60,720 nucleotides of DNA from a bacterium (GCA_046331705.1 JAXLQJ010000018.1:62001-122720); one strand, 5' to 3'; counted from the stretch's first letter, positions 47,187 through 59,891 are shown. Translations and numbers: made by a program. The notes: generated by a model not told the origin, from the letters alone.

Positions 47187-48605
47187 ATGCGACCCCCCGA
47201 TCACTCCTTCCCATGGACTGCGAGCGCACGCCGCCGCTGGCTCGGGCGCGGGTCCGGGCACCGCCCCGCACCCGCGTCGCTGCTGGTCGCCGCGACGGTG
47301 CTGGCGACGCTGGTGGCGCTCGTCGCTCCCGTGTCGAGCGCAGCCTCCGGCGGTGCGGCGCACGCCGACCCCGTCGCGCGCGTCGCCCTCGGGCTGGTGG
47401 TGATGCTGTGGGCCGCGAAGCTCGGCGGCGAGATCGCGGTGCGGCTCGGTCAGCCGGCGGTGCTCGGCGAGCTGGTGATCGGCATCGCCCTCGGGAACCT
47501 GACACACGCGGGTTTCACGTGGCCGAGCGCGCTGGCGAGCGATCCGACGCTCGACATGCTGGCTCGCATCGGCGTGCTCATCTTGCTCTTCGAGGTCGGC
47601 CTCGAGTCGACCGTGCGTCAGATGCTGGCGGTCGGCTGGACGGCGCTCGTGGTCGCGACGCTCGGCGTGGTGGCGCCGTTCGCGCTCGGCTGGCTCGCTG
47701 GCGCCTGGCTGCTACCCGAGGCGGGTCCGTACGTTCACGCCTTCCTCGGCGCGACGCTCTGCGCGACCAGCGTCGGCATCACGGCGCGCGTGCTCCAAGA
47801 CCTGGGCAGCTCGCAGACACCGGAGGCGCGGGTGATCCTGGGCGCCGCGGTCATCGACGACGTGCTGGGGCTGGTGGTGCTGGCGGTGGTGAGCAGCGTG
47901 ATCGTGGCGGCGAACGGGGGAGCACCCGTCACCCGACTCGCGATCGTCGCCATCGTCGCCAAGGCCGGCGCGTTCCTGATCGGCGCCCTCGTCCTGGGCG
48001 TCGCGCTCACGCCACGCGCGTTCGCGCTGGCGTCGCGCATGCAAAGCCGCGGCGTGTTGCTGGCGGCGGGCCTCTCCTTCTGCTTCTTGCTCGCCTGGCT
48101 CGCCGCGGCGATCGGCCTCGCGCCCATCGTGGGGGCCTTCGCCGCGGGGCTGATCCTGGAGAGCGTGCACTACCGGGACTTCGTGAGCCGCGGCGAGCAG
48201 GAGCTCGAGGCGCTCGTCCATCCGATCGCGAGCTTCCTGGTGCCGATCTTCTTCGTCACGATGGGCATGCACACGGACCTGAGCGCCTTCGCCGATCCCA
48301 GCGTGCTTGCCCTCGCCGGCGCGCTCACGGTCGCGGCGATCGCCGGCAAGCAGGCCTGCTCCCTCGGAGTCCTCGGCAAGGGATTGGACCGGCTGACGAT
48401 CGGCATCGGCATGGTGCCGCGCGGCGAGGTGGGCCTGATCTTCGCGAACATCGGGCTCGGCCTCGAGATCGCCGGCCAACCCGTCGTGACGCCGTCCGTA
48501 TACGCTGCGATGGTGGTGATGGTGGTGCTCACGACGTTGATCACACCTCCGGCGCTGCGCTTCAGCCTGGCGCGCGCACGCACCTCGCCGACGGAGCGTC
48601 CATGA
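47187..48605 (+). CDS. Cation:proton antiporter, CPA2 (NapA/KefB-like Na+/H+ exchanger)
   Basis: GGGAG RBS; GQPAVLGEL, LLFEVGLE, ATSVGIT, GAAVIDD, IVGAFAAG, PIFFV, GMVPRGEVGL. Confidence 0.92.
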   Translation: MRPPDHSFPWTASARRRWLGRGSGHRPAPASLLVAATVLATLVALVAPVSSAASGGAAHADPVARVALGLVVMLWAAKLGGEIAVRLGQPAVLGELVIGIALGNLTHAGFTWPSALASDPTLDMLARIGVLILLFEVGLESTVRQMLAVGWTALVVATLGVVAPFALGWLAGAWLLPEAGPYVHAFLGATLCATSVGITARVLQDLGSSQTPEARVILGAAVIDDVLGLVVLAVVSSVIVAANGGAPVTRLAIVAIVAKAGAFLIGALVLGVALTPRAFALASRMQSRGVLLAAGLSFCFLLAWLAAAIGLAPIVGAFAAGLILESVHYRDFVSRGEQELEALVHPIASFLVPIFFVTMGMHTDLSAFADPSVLALAGALTVAAIAGKQACSLGVLGKGLDRLTIGIGMVPRGEVGLIFANIGLGLEIAGQPVVTPSVYAAMVVMVVLTTLITPPALRFSLARARTSPTERP

Positions 48606-48702
48606 GACGGCGGGGATGCCAGCGTCGTCGCGCACGCGCCGATGCCTCGCCGGCCCCGTCTCGAGGTCGTGCCCGCGACCAGCCGCCGGCAGGGAGCGCA
48701 CC

Positions 48703-50760
48703 GTGACACGCACGGGGATCAAGCTCGACCACTCGCCCATCTCGATGGTGCTCTTGCCGTGTGTCATCGGCGTGCTCACCGCTGGGGCGGCGATCGGTTT
48801 CGTGTACCTGATCGCGGCGGTGCAATGGCTGGCGATCGGATCCAGCGACCTGCCGTTGCGCGTGATCGGTCACGTGCAGCCGCTGCGCGTGATCCTCGCG
48901 CCGGCGCTGGGCGGTCTGGCCGTGGGGCTCCTGGTGCACCGCTTCGCGCCCGAAGCACAAGGCCACGGCGTCCCCGAGGTGATCGAGGCGGTGACGGCGC
49001 GCGGCGGGCGAATTCGTCCGCGAGTGGCCGCGATCAAGTCGCTCGCCTCGGCGCTCACCATCGGCAGCGGCGGCTCGGTGGGCCGCGAGGGACCGATCGT
49101 CCAGATCGGCGCGGCCGTGGGCAGCACCGTCGCCCAGGCGCTCAAGCTGCCCAGCGCGCAGACCCGGACGCTCGCGGCCTGCGGCGCCGCCGGTGGGATC
49201 GCGGCTGCGTTCAACGCGCCGATCGCCGGCGCCTTCTTCGCGCTCGAGGTCATCACCGGCAACTTCGCGATGCCCTCGTTCGGACCGGTGATCCTCTCGT
49301 CGGTGATGGCGACGGTCGCGTCGCGCGCCTACTTCGGCGACCACCCGGCGTTCGTCGTTCAGCCGTACGCGCTGCAGAGCGCCTACGAGATCCCGCTCTA
49401 CGTGGGGCTGGGGCTCGTCTCGGGGCTGGTCGCGGTGGGCTTCGTGCACGTCCTGCACGCGATCGAGCAACAGGCTCAGCGCGTGCCGATCGCGCCGACC
49501 TGGAAGCCGGCGCTCGGCGGTCTGGCCGTCGGCGTGCTCGTCCTGTGGCTGCCCAACCTCTACGGCGTCGGCTACCTGACCATGGACGGAGCGCTGAGCG
49601 GCACGCTGGGCTGGAAGATGCTGGCGGTGCTGCTGCCCGCGAAGGTGCTCGCGACGAGCGTCACCCTCGGTTCCGGCGGCTCGGGCGGCGTGTTCCTTCC
49701 TTCGCTCTATCTGGGGGCGATCGCGGGTGGGCTCTACGGCACGATCGTGCACTCGCTCTTGCCTTCGGTCACGGCCGGCTCGGGTGCGTATGCGCTCGTG
49801 GGCATGGCGGGCGTGCTCGCGGCGGCGACCCACTCGCCGCTCACCGCGCTGATCCTGCTCTTCGAGATCAGCGGGGATTACAAGATCATCCTGCCGGTGA
49901 TGCTGGTGGTGACGCTGGCGTCGTTGGTCTCGCGCTCGCTCGGCACCGACTCGCTCTACTCGCTCGCCCTCGCCAAGCGCGGCATCAAGCTGCACCGCCG
50001 CGAGGACGTGATCATGCGCACCCACACCGTGGGCGAGGTGATGCGGCCGGTGGAATTCGTGCTCGGCGAGTCCGCGCCCATCGGGGACGTGATCGCCGCG
50101 TTCCTCACCCGTGGCCTGGTGCGGGCCTACGTCGTCGACGACGCCGGCAAGCTCGCCGGCGAGGTCTCGATCTTCGACATCCAGGACCCCGAGGTCCGGG
50201 CGCTCGGCACGCTCGTGAACGCGCGCGATCTGGCGACCGGAAACGTGCGCCTGGTGCGCACCTCCGACACCCTCGCCGATTGCCTCGACGAGTTCGTGTG
50301 GGACGAGCGCGACGAGCTTCCCGCCGTCGACGAGGCCGGCAAGCTCGCCGGGCTGATCTCCCGACGCGACGTGCTCCGCGTCTACACGACCGAGCTGCTG
50401 ACCGAGGATTTCCTGGGCATCGCCGATCATGCCTCCGACATCGCGGGTGTCACGCGACCGCGAATGGCGAGCCAGGTGCATCTGCTGCCCGGGCTGATCA
50501 CCGAACGGGTGCTCGTGCCGGCGGCGCTCGACGGCCGTTCGCTCAGGCAGGCGGACCTCCGCGCGGCGCACGGGCTCACCGTCGTGGCGGTCCGTCGCCG
50601 CGGCGAGACCGTGGAGCGACTTCCCGACGCGGGCGTTCCGCTCGACGCGGGCGATACGTTGGTCGTGGTCGGAACCGCCGACGACGTCGCCCGATTCCGG
50701 GGTCGTGCAGGCCTCGCCGGCACGGCCCCCGACGATCGACGCCGCACACCCGACGGATGA
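48703..50760 (+). CDS. ClC-family chloride channel/antiporter with CBS pair and C-terminal TrkA_C (RCK_C) domain
   Basis: GHGVPE, GREGP, FNAPIAG, GGVFLP, SLY; CBS repeats; GRSLRQADLR...GLTVVAVRR...LDAGDTLVVVG; start uncertain (alternative ATG 48616). Confidence 0.92.
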   Translation: MTRTGIKLDHSPISMVLLPCVIGVLTAGAAIGFVYLIAAVQWLAIGSSDLPLRVIGHVQPLRVILAPALGGLAVGLLVHRFAPEAQGHGVPEVIEAVTARGGRIRPRVAAIKSLASALTIGSGGSVGREGPIVQIGAAVGSTVAQALKLPSAQTRTLAACGAAGGIAAAFNAPIAGAFFALEVITGNFAMPSFGPVILSSVMATVASRAYFGDHPAFVVQPYALQSAYEIPLYVGLGLVSGLVAVGFVHVLHAIEQQAQRVPIAPTWKPALGGLAVGVLVLWLPNLYGVGYLTMDGALSGTLGWKMLAVLLPAKVLATSVTLGSGGSGGVFLPSLYLGAIAGGLYGTIVHSLLPSVTAGSGAYALVGMAGVLAAATHSPLTALILLFEISGDYKIILPVMLVVTLASLVSRSLGTDSLYSLALAKRGIKLHRREDVIMRTHTVGEVMRPVEFVLGESAPIGDVIAAFLTRGLVRAYVVDDAGKLAGEVSIFDIQDPEVRALGTLVNARDLATGNVRLVRTSDTLADCLDEFVWDERDELPAVDEAGKLAGLISRRDVLRVYTTELLTEDFLGIADHASDIAGVTRPRMASQVHLLPGLITERVLVPAALDGRSLRQADLRAAHGLTVVAVRRRGETVERLPDAGVPLDAGDTLVVVGTADDVARFRGRAGLAGTAPDDRRRTPDG

Positions 50761-50809
50761 CCGCGGCGCCGAGCGACCCCTCGCCCGAACGCCCCGGCGC
50801 GGAGCAGCG

Positions 50810-52624
50810 ATGACCCCCGCCTCGACTCCGAACGACGCCCCGGCCCTCGACCACGCGGTGTTCGGCAACGGCCGCGTGCTCGCGCTGGTGAGCCCGACCA
50901 GCGCCATCGAGTGGCTCTGCCTGCCGCGTTTCGATTCGCCGTCGGTGTTCGGCCGCCTGCTCGATCGCGAGCGCGGCGGCACGTTTCGGGTGCTCGCCGG
51001 CGACCGCGAGGTACGCGGCGATCTCGCGTATCGACCCAACACCAACGTCGCGGTCATCCGCTTCGAGCGCGACGACGCCGCGTGGGAGATCGTCGACTTC
51101 GCACCCCGCATCCCCAGCGGCCTCGGCATGCGGCTGCCGATCGAGATCGTGCGCGTGATCCGGCCGCTGCGCGGTCATCCCCGGCTGCGCGTGGATTTCG
51201 ATCCGCGACCGGACTACGCGCGCGCCGCCGTGGAGATCCGCGAGGTCTCCTCCGGCCTCGAGATCGAGGGCGGCCCGTCGCGCCTTCACCTCGCCACCGA
51301 TCTGCCCCTCCCCTACGTGCTGGGGCGGCAGGAGTTCACGCTGACGCGCCCGATCTCGTTCGTCCTCGGGTGCGAGCGCGCCAGCGAGAACGATCTTCAC
51401 GCCCGCGTGCGCCACGACCTCGAGGTCACCACCAGCGGCTGGCGCGCGTGGGCCAAGACCTGCGCGTTGCCCACGTTCGCCCCCACGCAGGTGCTGCGCT
51501 CGGCGCTCTGCCTCAAGCTCCACGCCTACCACGACACCGGCGCCATCATCGCCGCCACCACCACCAGCATCCCGGAAGCGCTCGGGACGCCGCGCACCTG
51601 GGACTATCGCTATTGCTGGTTGCGCGACGCGGCGTTCGTGGTGGAAGCGCTGCGCAGGCTGAGCCACCTGAACGAGGGGGAGCGCTTCATCCACTACCTG
51701 CGCGACGTGGTCGAGTCCGGCCCGATCCAGCCGGTCTACGGCATCGGCGGCGAGCGCGAGCTACCCGAGCGGATGCTGGAGCATCTGGCGGGATTCGCCG
51801 GCAACGGCTTCGTGCGCATCGGCAACGCCGCCGTCGAGCAGCGCCAGAACGACCTGATGGGCGAGGTGATCCTCTGCCTCGAGACGCTGCTCACCGATCC
51901 GCGCATCGTCCACGACCGGCCGCGGGATTTCTTTCCGCTCATCCAGCAGCTCGTCGAGCACGCGATCCTGGTGGCGCCGCGCGAGGACACCGGCATCTGG
52001 GAGTACCGCTCGCTGCTGCGTCCCTACACGTTCTCGCGGGCGATGTGCTGGGTGGCCGTGAATCGCGGCGCGACGCTCGCGCGCGCGCTCGGCTACCCCG
52101 ACATCGCCGACCGCTGGGAGGAGATCGCCGCCGCCGAGCGCGAGGTGGTGCTGACGCGTGGCTTCAGCGAAGCGAACGGGTTCTTCACGCAGGCGCTCGA
52201 CGGCGAGTTCCCGGATGCGTCGTTGCTGTTGCTGCCGACGCTCGGGATCGTCGACGCCCACGATTCCCGCTTCCGGCGCACCGTCGAGGCGTACACCCAA
52301 CGGCTGGTCGATCGCGGTCTCATGCTGCGCTACCGAAACTTCGACGACTTCGGCGAGACCACCAGCGCGTTCACGATCTGCTCGTTCTGGTGGGCCGAGG
52401 CGCTCGCGCTGATGGGCCGGCTCGACGACGCGGTCGAGGTGTTCGGGCGCGTGGCCAGCCATGCCAACCCGCTGGGGCTCTTCTCCGAGGACATCGAGCC
52501 CGATACGGGTCGGCTTCTCGGCAACTTCCCGCAGGCCTACACGCACGTCGGCCTGATCCACGCCGCGATGACGATCGGCGAGCTGCTGGAGGCGCGCGAC
52601 GGTCGGGTGCGCGCCTGGACCTGA
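50810..52624 (+). CDS. Glycoside hydrolase family 15 (trehalase/glucoamylase-like)
   Basis: WLCLPRFDSPSVF, GAIIAATTTSIPE, WDYRYCWLRD, GIWEYR, GNFPQAYTH. Confidence 0.93.
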   Translation: MTPASTPNDAPALDHAVFGNGRVLALVSPTSAIEWLCLPRFDSPSVFGRLLDRERGGTFRVLAGDREVRGDLAYRPNTNVAVIRFERDDAAWEIVDFAPRIPSGLGMRLPIEIVRVIRPLRGHPRLRVDFDPRPDYARAAVEIREVSSGLEIEGGPSRLHLATDLPLPYVLGRQEFTLTRPISFVLGCERASENDLHARVRHDLEVTTSGWRAWAKTCALPTFAPTQVLRSALCLKLHAYHDTGAIIAATTTSIPEALGTPRTWDYRYCWLRDAAFVVEALRRLSHLNEGERFIHYLRDVVESGPIQPVYGIGGERELPERMLEHLAGFAGNGFVRIGNAAVEQRQNDLMGEVILCLETLLTDPRIVHDRPRDFFPLIQQLVEHAILVAPREDTGIWEYRSLLRPYTFSRAMCWVAVNRGATLARALGYPDIADRWEEIAAAEREVVLTRGFSEANGFFTQALDGEFPDASLLLLPTLGIVDAHDSRFRRTVEAYTQRLVDRGLMLRYRNFDDFGETTSAFTICSFWWAEALALMGRLDDAVEVFGRVASHANPLGLFSEDIEPDTGRLLGNFPQAYTHVGLIHAAMTIGELLEARDGRVRAWT

Positions 52625-52642
52625 TCGGGTGCGGATCGACCC

Positions 52643-54826
<2,184 letters not shown>

Positions 54827-54844
54827 CGCGGCGTCGCGCGGCGC

Positions 54845-55912
54845 TCAACGCATCGCCACGATGCGATCGACGGCCCGGTCCGCGCCGTCGATGCGCTCGG
54901 GAAATCGCTCCGGCATCGCGAGGATCTCGTCGAGCGCCGCGCCGATCCCGCGGGGATCCAGGTTCTCGGGCGGAATCTCGAGCGAGGTCATCTCGCGCTT
55001 CATCCACGCCACCATGGGCGCGGTCTCGGGGAAGTCCGCCCGCGCGGCGAAGAGAAAGCGCGTGCGGTTGCCCGCCGCTTCCGCGATGGTCCCGTAACCC
55101 GGCTTCGAGAACACCACGTCGGCCCCGGCCACCAGGCTCGGATACGCGACGTCCGGCACGTGGGTCGCGTCGTCCCTGGCCACGAGCGGCACCAGCGGCG
55201 GCGCGGTGATCCAGCGCACGCCCGCGATGCGCGGCAATCGTCGATCCAGATCCGCGAGCCCGAACCCGCCGAACGAGAGCAGCACCAGCCGCTCGCCGGG
55301 CTTCGCGATCGCGGCGCGCCAGGCACGTGCGTCGCCGGTGGCGAGGCGCGACACGATGCCCACCTCGACGACGTTCGGGAACGCCACCAGCTCCGGGCCG
55401 GGGACGAGCCTGAGCGCGAGTGGCGTCGCGCCGTGCGCCCGAACCGCGAGATCGCGCCATGGCGCGAACCGCGGATCCGCGCGGGCGTACTCACCGTAGA
55501 TGAACGCCCAGTCGAAATTGGTCGACGCCGCGAACGCGAGCTCGGCTTCGGCCGCCGCCAGGAGCGCCGCGGGAGGGACGTCGGCGACCACGCGGTCTGC
55601 GCCGCTGGCGCGCATGCGCCGCGCGAGATCCGCCACTAGGTGCGTCTCCGCCCACAACGCGGCGAGTCGCTCGAGCGTGACGTCGAGATCGTGGGTGATG
55701 CCATCGCGCTGCGCGACGCCCACGTCCATGCGCACCGGCTCGAGCGACCAGCGATCGAGGTCGCCCAGGAAGTCGTGAAAGATCGACGCGGGCACCCTCG
55801 ACCAGAACGTCACGCGCGCTCGCGGCTCGCGCTCGAGGAGTCGACGCGCCACGGCCATCTGGCGCGCGGCGTGGCCGAAGCCGTGGTCGGTGATCGCGAA
55901 CAGAACGTGCAC
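54845..55912 (-). CDS. GT-B fold glycosyltransferase-like protein (GT28/L-arabinokinase N-domain-like)
   Basis: HGFGHAAR, DVG..Q.D, NFDW..IY, SFGG, SKPGYGT..E, R.DFPE; GTG start approximate. Confidence 0.75.
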   Translation of the reverse strand: MHVLFAITDHGFGHAARQMAVARRLLEREPRARVTFWSRVPASIFHDFLGDLDRWSLEPVRMDVGVAQRDGITHDLDVTLERLAALWAETHLVADLARRMRASGADRVVADVPPAALLAAAEAELAFAASTNFDWAFIYGEYARADPRFAPWRDLAVRAHGATPLALRLVPGPELVAFPNVVEVGIVSRLATGDARAWRAAIAKPGERLVLLSFGGFGLADLDRRLPRIAGVRWITAPPLVPLVARDDATHVPDVAYPSLVAGADVVFSKPGYGTIAEAAGNRTRFLFAARADFPETAPMVAWMKREMTSLEIPPENLDPRGIGAALDEILAMPERFPERIDGADRAVDRIVAMR

Positions 55913-56129
55913 GGGCACCCGGGAGGGCCGATCGCCAGCGCACGCGGCGCGACCGACCAGCGAAGCACCAAGGCTGTCACGGCGACTCGCAGCCGTCAGC
56001 GCGGCCGCGCGGGCCAGCGCTGAATATCCACGGGCCGCGGACGTCCAACGAGAAAGGCGTCCCGGCCCGCACCCAACGCCTTCCTCGATTCGCGAGTGCG
56101 CGGCGAAACCGCGCACGGAGGCTCGTGCC

Positions 56130-56573
56130 ATGCATGCGCAACGCACTCGTGCCGCGCTCCTCGCCCTCGGCGCCGCCGTGCTGACGCTCGCCACCGCCTG
56201 TGGCGGCGGTGGAGGTGGAGGCGGCCCGGCCCAACCGAGCGAGCTGGGCGAGTGGACCATCGGCACGCTCGACATGAGCGGTGGCGATTCCTTCCAGTAT
56301 CAAGCGGCGGCGCTTCGCTTCACCGACACCCCGCACCAGGTCGCGTTCTCGGCGCAACACAGCGACACCGTCTACTCGTGGATCAGCGACTACACGAAGA
56401 CCGATTCGTCGATCGTCGCGAACGACGTCCCCGAGGTATCGGATCCAACCGACCTGGTGACCCTCGACCTGACGCTGGTATCGCAGACGAGCCTGGTGGG
56501 AACGGTCACCGAGTCCTACCCGGGCGACGGCGGCACGATCACCGTGGTCGGCGCGATCGACGCCACGCGCTGA
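56130..56573 (+). CDS. Small hypothetical lipoprotein
   Basis: GGAGG RBS; LATAC followed by a Gly8 linker; beta-rich domain. Confidence 0.75.
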   Translation: MHAQRTRAALLALGAAVLTLATACGGGGGGGGPAQPSELGEWTIGTLDMSGGDSFQYQAAALRFTDTPHQVAFSAQHSDTVYSWISDYTKTDSSIVANDVPEVSDPTDLVTLDLTLVSQTSLVGTVTESYPGDGGTITVVGAIDATR

Positions 56574-56607
56574 CGCCGAGTGGCGCGCCCGTCGCGCCAG
56601 GCGGCGC

Positions 56608-57780
56608 TCAGCTCGCCGCAGCCGGCGCCGGCACCCGATAAGGGTTCTGGAACGCCGGCAGGAACGGCCCGTCGCCAATCTCCCGCGCGAGCGCCTGGTG
56701 CTCCGGCGTGGCCGGCAGATCGCGGCCCCAATCCGTCCAGCCGGCCTGCAAGGCCGCGCGGTAGAGCTTGAGCGACGCGTCCAGCGGCAGCCTCGCGGCA
56801 ACCTGCTGGGCGTTGTAGCGAAGCGACGCCACGTTGCCGCCCACCCGCGCGCTCGCCGCCGCGGGATCCGCGAGCGAATCGAAGAGGCAGCCCAAGGCGC
56901 GCTCGCCGTAGCGGATCACCACCGAGTCCGCGAGCGGCGGCACCTCGCCGGATCCGCCCTGGAGGAACTCGTTCATCACCACGGGCACGGCGAGCAGCTC
57001 GACCGCCACGCGAATGGCGCCGTCGGGTAGCGCCGCATCGGCGGTCTTCTGCAAGCGCGCGAAGGTCGGGTCCTCGAAGTAGCGCGCGCGGTGGGTCACG
57101 GTCCAGCGCGGATCGGCTTTGGGACACGCGAGCGGGCGGATCGGCTTCGCGAGGCCGGGGTCCGCGTGGAAGCGAAACTTCGCCGCGGCGGGGCTCGGGT
57201 GGAGCGTGGCGAGCGCGCGCAGCACCTCGGTCTTCGCCGCGTGGCTCGAATAGCCCCACTTGGCGCGCTGCACCAGCTCGGCGGCAACGCGAAGCAAGGC
57301 CTCGGCCTCGCTGCCCCAGCGTTCGCGTGCCTCGATGAGCGCGCCCGCGCCGCGGCTGATCTCGTCGGGGCTCTGGCGGAAGGTCACCTGGCCGCCCTGC
57401 TCCGAGATCGACCGCTCCAGGAATCGAAGGACGGCGTCGGGGTCCGGAAGCGGCTCGCCGGCGAGCGATCGCGCAGCGGCGTCGAGGAGCTTGCCGACCT
57501 GCTCCGCGATCGCGGGGTCGGAAACGCCGAGCAGCGTGGCGAGGTCCGGCTTGGGCGGCGCCGCGGGCGCGGCGGCCGGAGGCGCGGGCGCGGCGCTGGG
57601 AGCCGCCGTCGGCGACGGAGTGGGCACGGCTGCGGTCGGCGCCGAGCCCGGCTGCGGGCCGCTCGCGGCATCGCGCGACGGGGTGCTTCGACAGCCGAGC
57701 ACCATCGCAACGACCAGCGTCAGCGCTCGCGCCGCGCGCGGGGCGGAACCGGCGCGCGGGCTTCCGGACGATCGAGTCAT
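56608..57780 (-). CDS. Hypothetical lipoprotein with Pro/Ala linker
   Basis: GAGGAG RBS; hydrophobic leader ending VLGC; PA-rich linker; helical body. Confidence 0.65.
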   Translation of the reverse strand: MTRSSGSPRAGSAPRAARALTLVVAMVLGCRSTPSRDAASGPQPGSAPTAAVPTPSPTAAPSAAPAPPAAAPAAPPKPDLATLLGVSDPAIAEQVGKLLDAAARSLAGEPLPDPDAVLRFLERSISEQGGQVTFRQSPDEISRGAGALIEARERWGSEAEALLRVAAELVQRAKWGYSSHAAKTEVLRALATLHPSPAAAKFRFHADPGLAKPIRPLACPKADPRWTVTHRARYFEDPTFARLQKTADAALPDGAIRVAVELLAVPVVMNEFLQGGSGEVPPLADSVVIRYGERALGCLFDSLADPAAASARVGGNVASLRYNAQQVAARLPLDASLKLYRAALQAGWTDWGRDLPATPEHQALAREIGDGPFLPAFQNPYRVPAPAAAS

Positions 57781-57890
57781 CGAGCGCTCCTCGCTGCCTG
57801 CGGCGGGTCGTGACGCGTGCGCGCCGCCCCAGGGGAATCGTGTTAACTAAATCGCGTCGCGTCGCCCACCCACTGCGGGAAGGCTGGCCA

Positions 57891-58973
57891 ATGCTCGGTC
57901 GAATCGTTCGCGCTTACGTCACCGTCGGTCGCACGTTCGGCGCATGGCTGCCGCCGCTCGTCACGTTTCTGCTCTTCTCGGTGCTGCGCCTGGTCGTCAG
58001 CATCGGCTGGTGCCTCGACCCGATCTTCTTCCCCAAGCTGCGTCGGACCCGTGTGCAAAGCCCGATCGTGCTGGTCGGCAATCCGCGCACGGGCACCACG
58101 TTCCTGCAACGCTTCCTCACGGATCACGGCGTCGGCGCCGGCCTCGAGCTGTGGCGGATGCTCTATTCCTCGCTCACCATCCAGGCGGTGATCAAGCCGA
58201 TTCTGCCCTTCCTCGAGAAGGTGAGCCCGGCCCGCCACCATTCGACCGTGGCCCACGAGACCAGCCTGACCTCCGTCGAGACCGACGACGTCTCGTTCCT
58301 GTTCCGGTTCTTCGACGGGATGTTCCTCTACGGCTTCATCCTCGCGTTCGACGAGCACGATCGCGTGGATCTCGTCGATCCACGCCAGCGCGACACCACG
58401 CAACGCGACGGCGACTGGCTGGAGGCGCTCTGGAAGCGCAGCCTGGTGGCGCACGGGAGCGACCGCGTGGTGGCCAAGCTCTTCTCGCTCTCCGCGTGGC
58501 TACCGACCTTCCTGCGGCGCTTTCCCGACGCCAAGATCCTCTACATGGTGCGCGATCCGCTGGAGGTGCTGCCCTCGGCGCTCAGCCTCACCACCGGCGT
58601 GCTGGACAAGGCGCTCGGCTTCTGGGATCGCCCCGAGCCGCTCAGGCGGCGCTACGTCCAGCGCATGGTGGCCGGCTACACGCTGCTCCTGCGGCGCTTC
58701 CACGACGACTACACCTCGGGCGCCATACCCAAGGAGAACGTCTACATCGTCCGTTACGATCGCTTGATGCGCGAGTTCGACGTGGTGATGGACGAGATCC
58801 TCGCCTTCACCGGCAGCCCCAGGAGCGACGCGCTGGTGGCGGCGATCCGCTCGCAAGCCGAGAAGCAACGCGGCTACAAGAGCAAGCACACCTACAGCCT
58901 CGCGCAATTCGGCCTCGACGCCGACGCGCTGCGCCGCGACTGCCAATTCGTGTACGACGCGTTCGGGATCTGA
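57891..58973 (+). CDS. Sulfotransferase family protein (Sulfotransfer_3-like)
   Basis: PAPS loop VGNPRTGTTFL; FPDAKILYMVRDP; VRYDRL; H.YSL.QFGL. Confidence 0.88.
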   Translation: MLGRIVRAYVTVGRTFGAWLPPLVTFLLFSVLRLVVSIGWCLDPIFFPKLRRTRVQSPIVLVGNPRTGTTFLQRFLTDHGVGAGLELWRMLYSSLTIQAVIKPILPFLEKVSPARHHSTVAHETSLTSVETDDVSFLFRFFDGMFLYGFILAFDEHDRVDLVDPRQRDTTQRDGDWLEALWKRSLVAHGSDRVVAKLFSLSAWLPTFLRRFPDAKILYMVRDPLEVLPSALSLTTGVLDKALGFWDRPEPLRRRYVQRMVAGYTLLLRRFHDDYTSGAIPKENVYIVRYDRLMREFDVVMDEILAFTGSPRSDALVAAIRSQAEKQRGYKSKHTYSLAQFGLDADALRRDCQFVYDAFGI

Positions 58974-58996
58974 ATACCGGGGCGGGAGAATCGACG

Positions 58997-59434
58997 ATGA
59001 AGACGACCACCACCCTCCGCGATCGCCGCGCGATCGGTGCGGTGCTGCTCGTTCTCGTGACGCTCGCCAGCGCGTGCGGCGACGACTCGAACCGGGTGAA
59101 CGTCGAGCTGCGCCGCGGTGAGCAACGCGCCGTCGAGCTCACGGTCACGACCACGCAGATCTTCGACGGCCGGCTGCTCTCGTGCGATTTCGTGTCGCTG
59201 CGGCCCAAGGACCCCGACAATCAGCTCGCGCTCCAAAACCTGGAGATCGCACTGAGCGACTCTGGAAAATCGGGCGACCTGAGCTGCACCGCGCGCATCG
59301 ATCTCGCCGTTCACGCCGACGCCGTCCCCGGCGAGTACCGGATCGACGTCGACTTCTCGTACACCTGGACGGACGGTCTCGACATCCTCACCGGCGAAGA
59401 CCAAGGGCGCATCCGGATCACCATCGTCGCCTGA
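58997..59434 (+). CDS. Small hypothetical lipoprotein (Ig-like)
   Basis: GGGAG RBS; LASAC lipobox; AVPGEY.I. Confidence 0.7.
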   Translation: MKTTTTLRDRRAIGAVLLVLVTLASACGDDSNRVNVELRRGEQRAVELTVTTTQIFDGRLLSCDFVSLRPKDPDNQLALQNLEIALSDSGKSGDLSCTARIDLAVHADAVPGEYRIDVDFSYTWTDGLDILTGEDQGRIRITIVA

Positions 59435-59534
59435 CGTCGCTCGACTCGCCCGCGCCGCAATGGGCTCGCCGGCGCCATGGGGACGAGAATCCACGTGCCA
59501 GCCGCTTCGAGCGGTCCGTCGCGCGCCGGCGGGC

Positions 59535-59750
59535 TCAGCTCGTCACTTTCCGACGGGCGTCTTGGAGGGCGCCGCGGAGGATGTGGAGGGCCTCGAGGCG
59601 GTGGGCCGGATCGAGCCTCTGGAAGCGCGCGCCCTGGACGTAGGTATCGATCTCGGCGGCCTTGTGGGGGAAGTCGCGGCGGATCTCGGCGACGAGCTGC
59701 GCGATCTCGACCGCGGTGGGGTCGGCGGGTTGCTCCTTCATCGCTGGCAT
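59535..59750 (-). CDS. Small hypothetical helical protein (71 aa)
   Basis: GAGGAG directly before ATG 59750 (better spaced for the in-frame ATG at 59741); GC3-biased codons. Confidence 0.55.
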   Translation of the reverse strand: MPAMKEQPADPTAVEIAQLVAEIRRDFPHKAAEIDTYVQGARFQRLDPAHRLEALHILRGALQDARRKVTS

Positions 59751-59891
59751 CTCCTCAAGCGTCCCGGCGAGCGAGGATCGACTCTAGCGCAGGCCGAAGC
59801 GGGGACGGCAGAGGGAGCCTCGCGCCGCGAGACCGCGGTGCGCGCCGCGTGGGAAGACGGCGAAGGCCCGACGTGCAGTGCAACGCGCCCT

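Noticed and set aside
48940-49110. ClC as a fluoride exporter (CLC-F)
   Set aside because: It has GHGVP/GREGP rather than the GNNLI or GMGLI and GREGT signatures, and I saw no fluoride riboswitch
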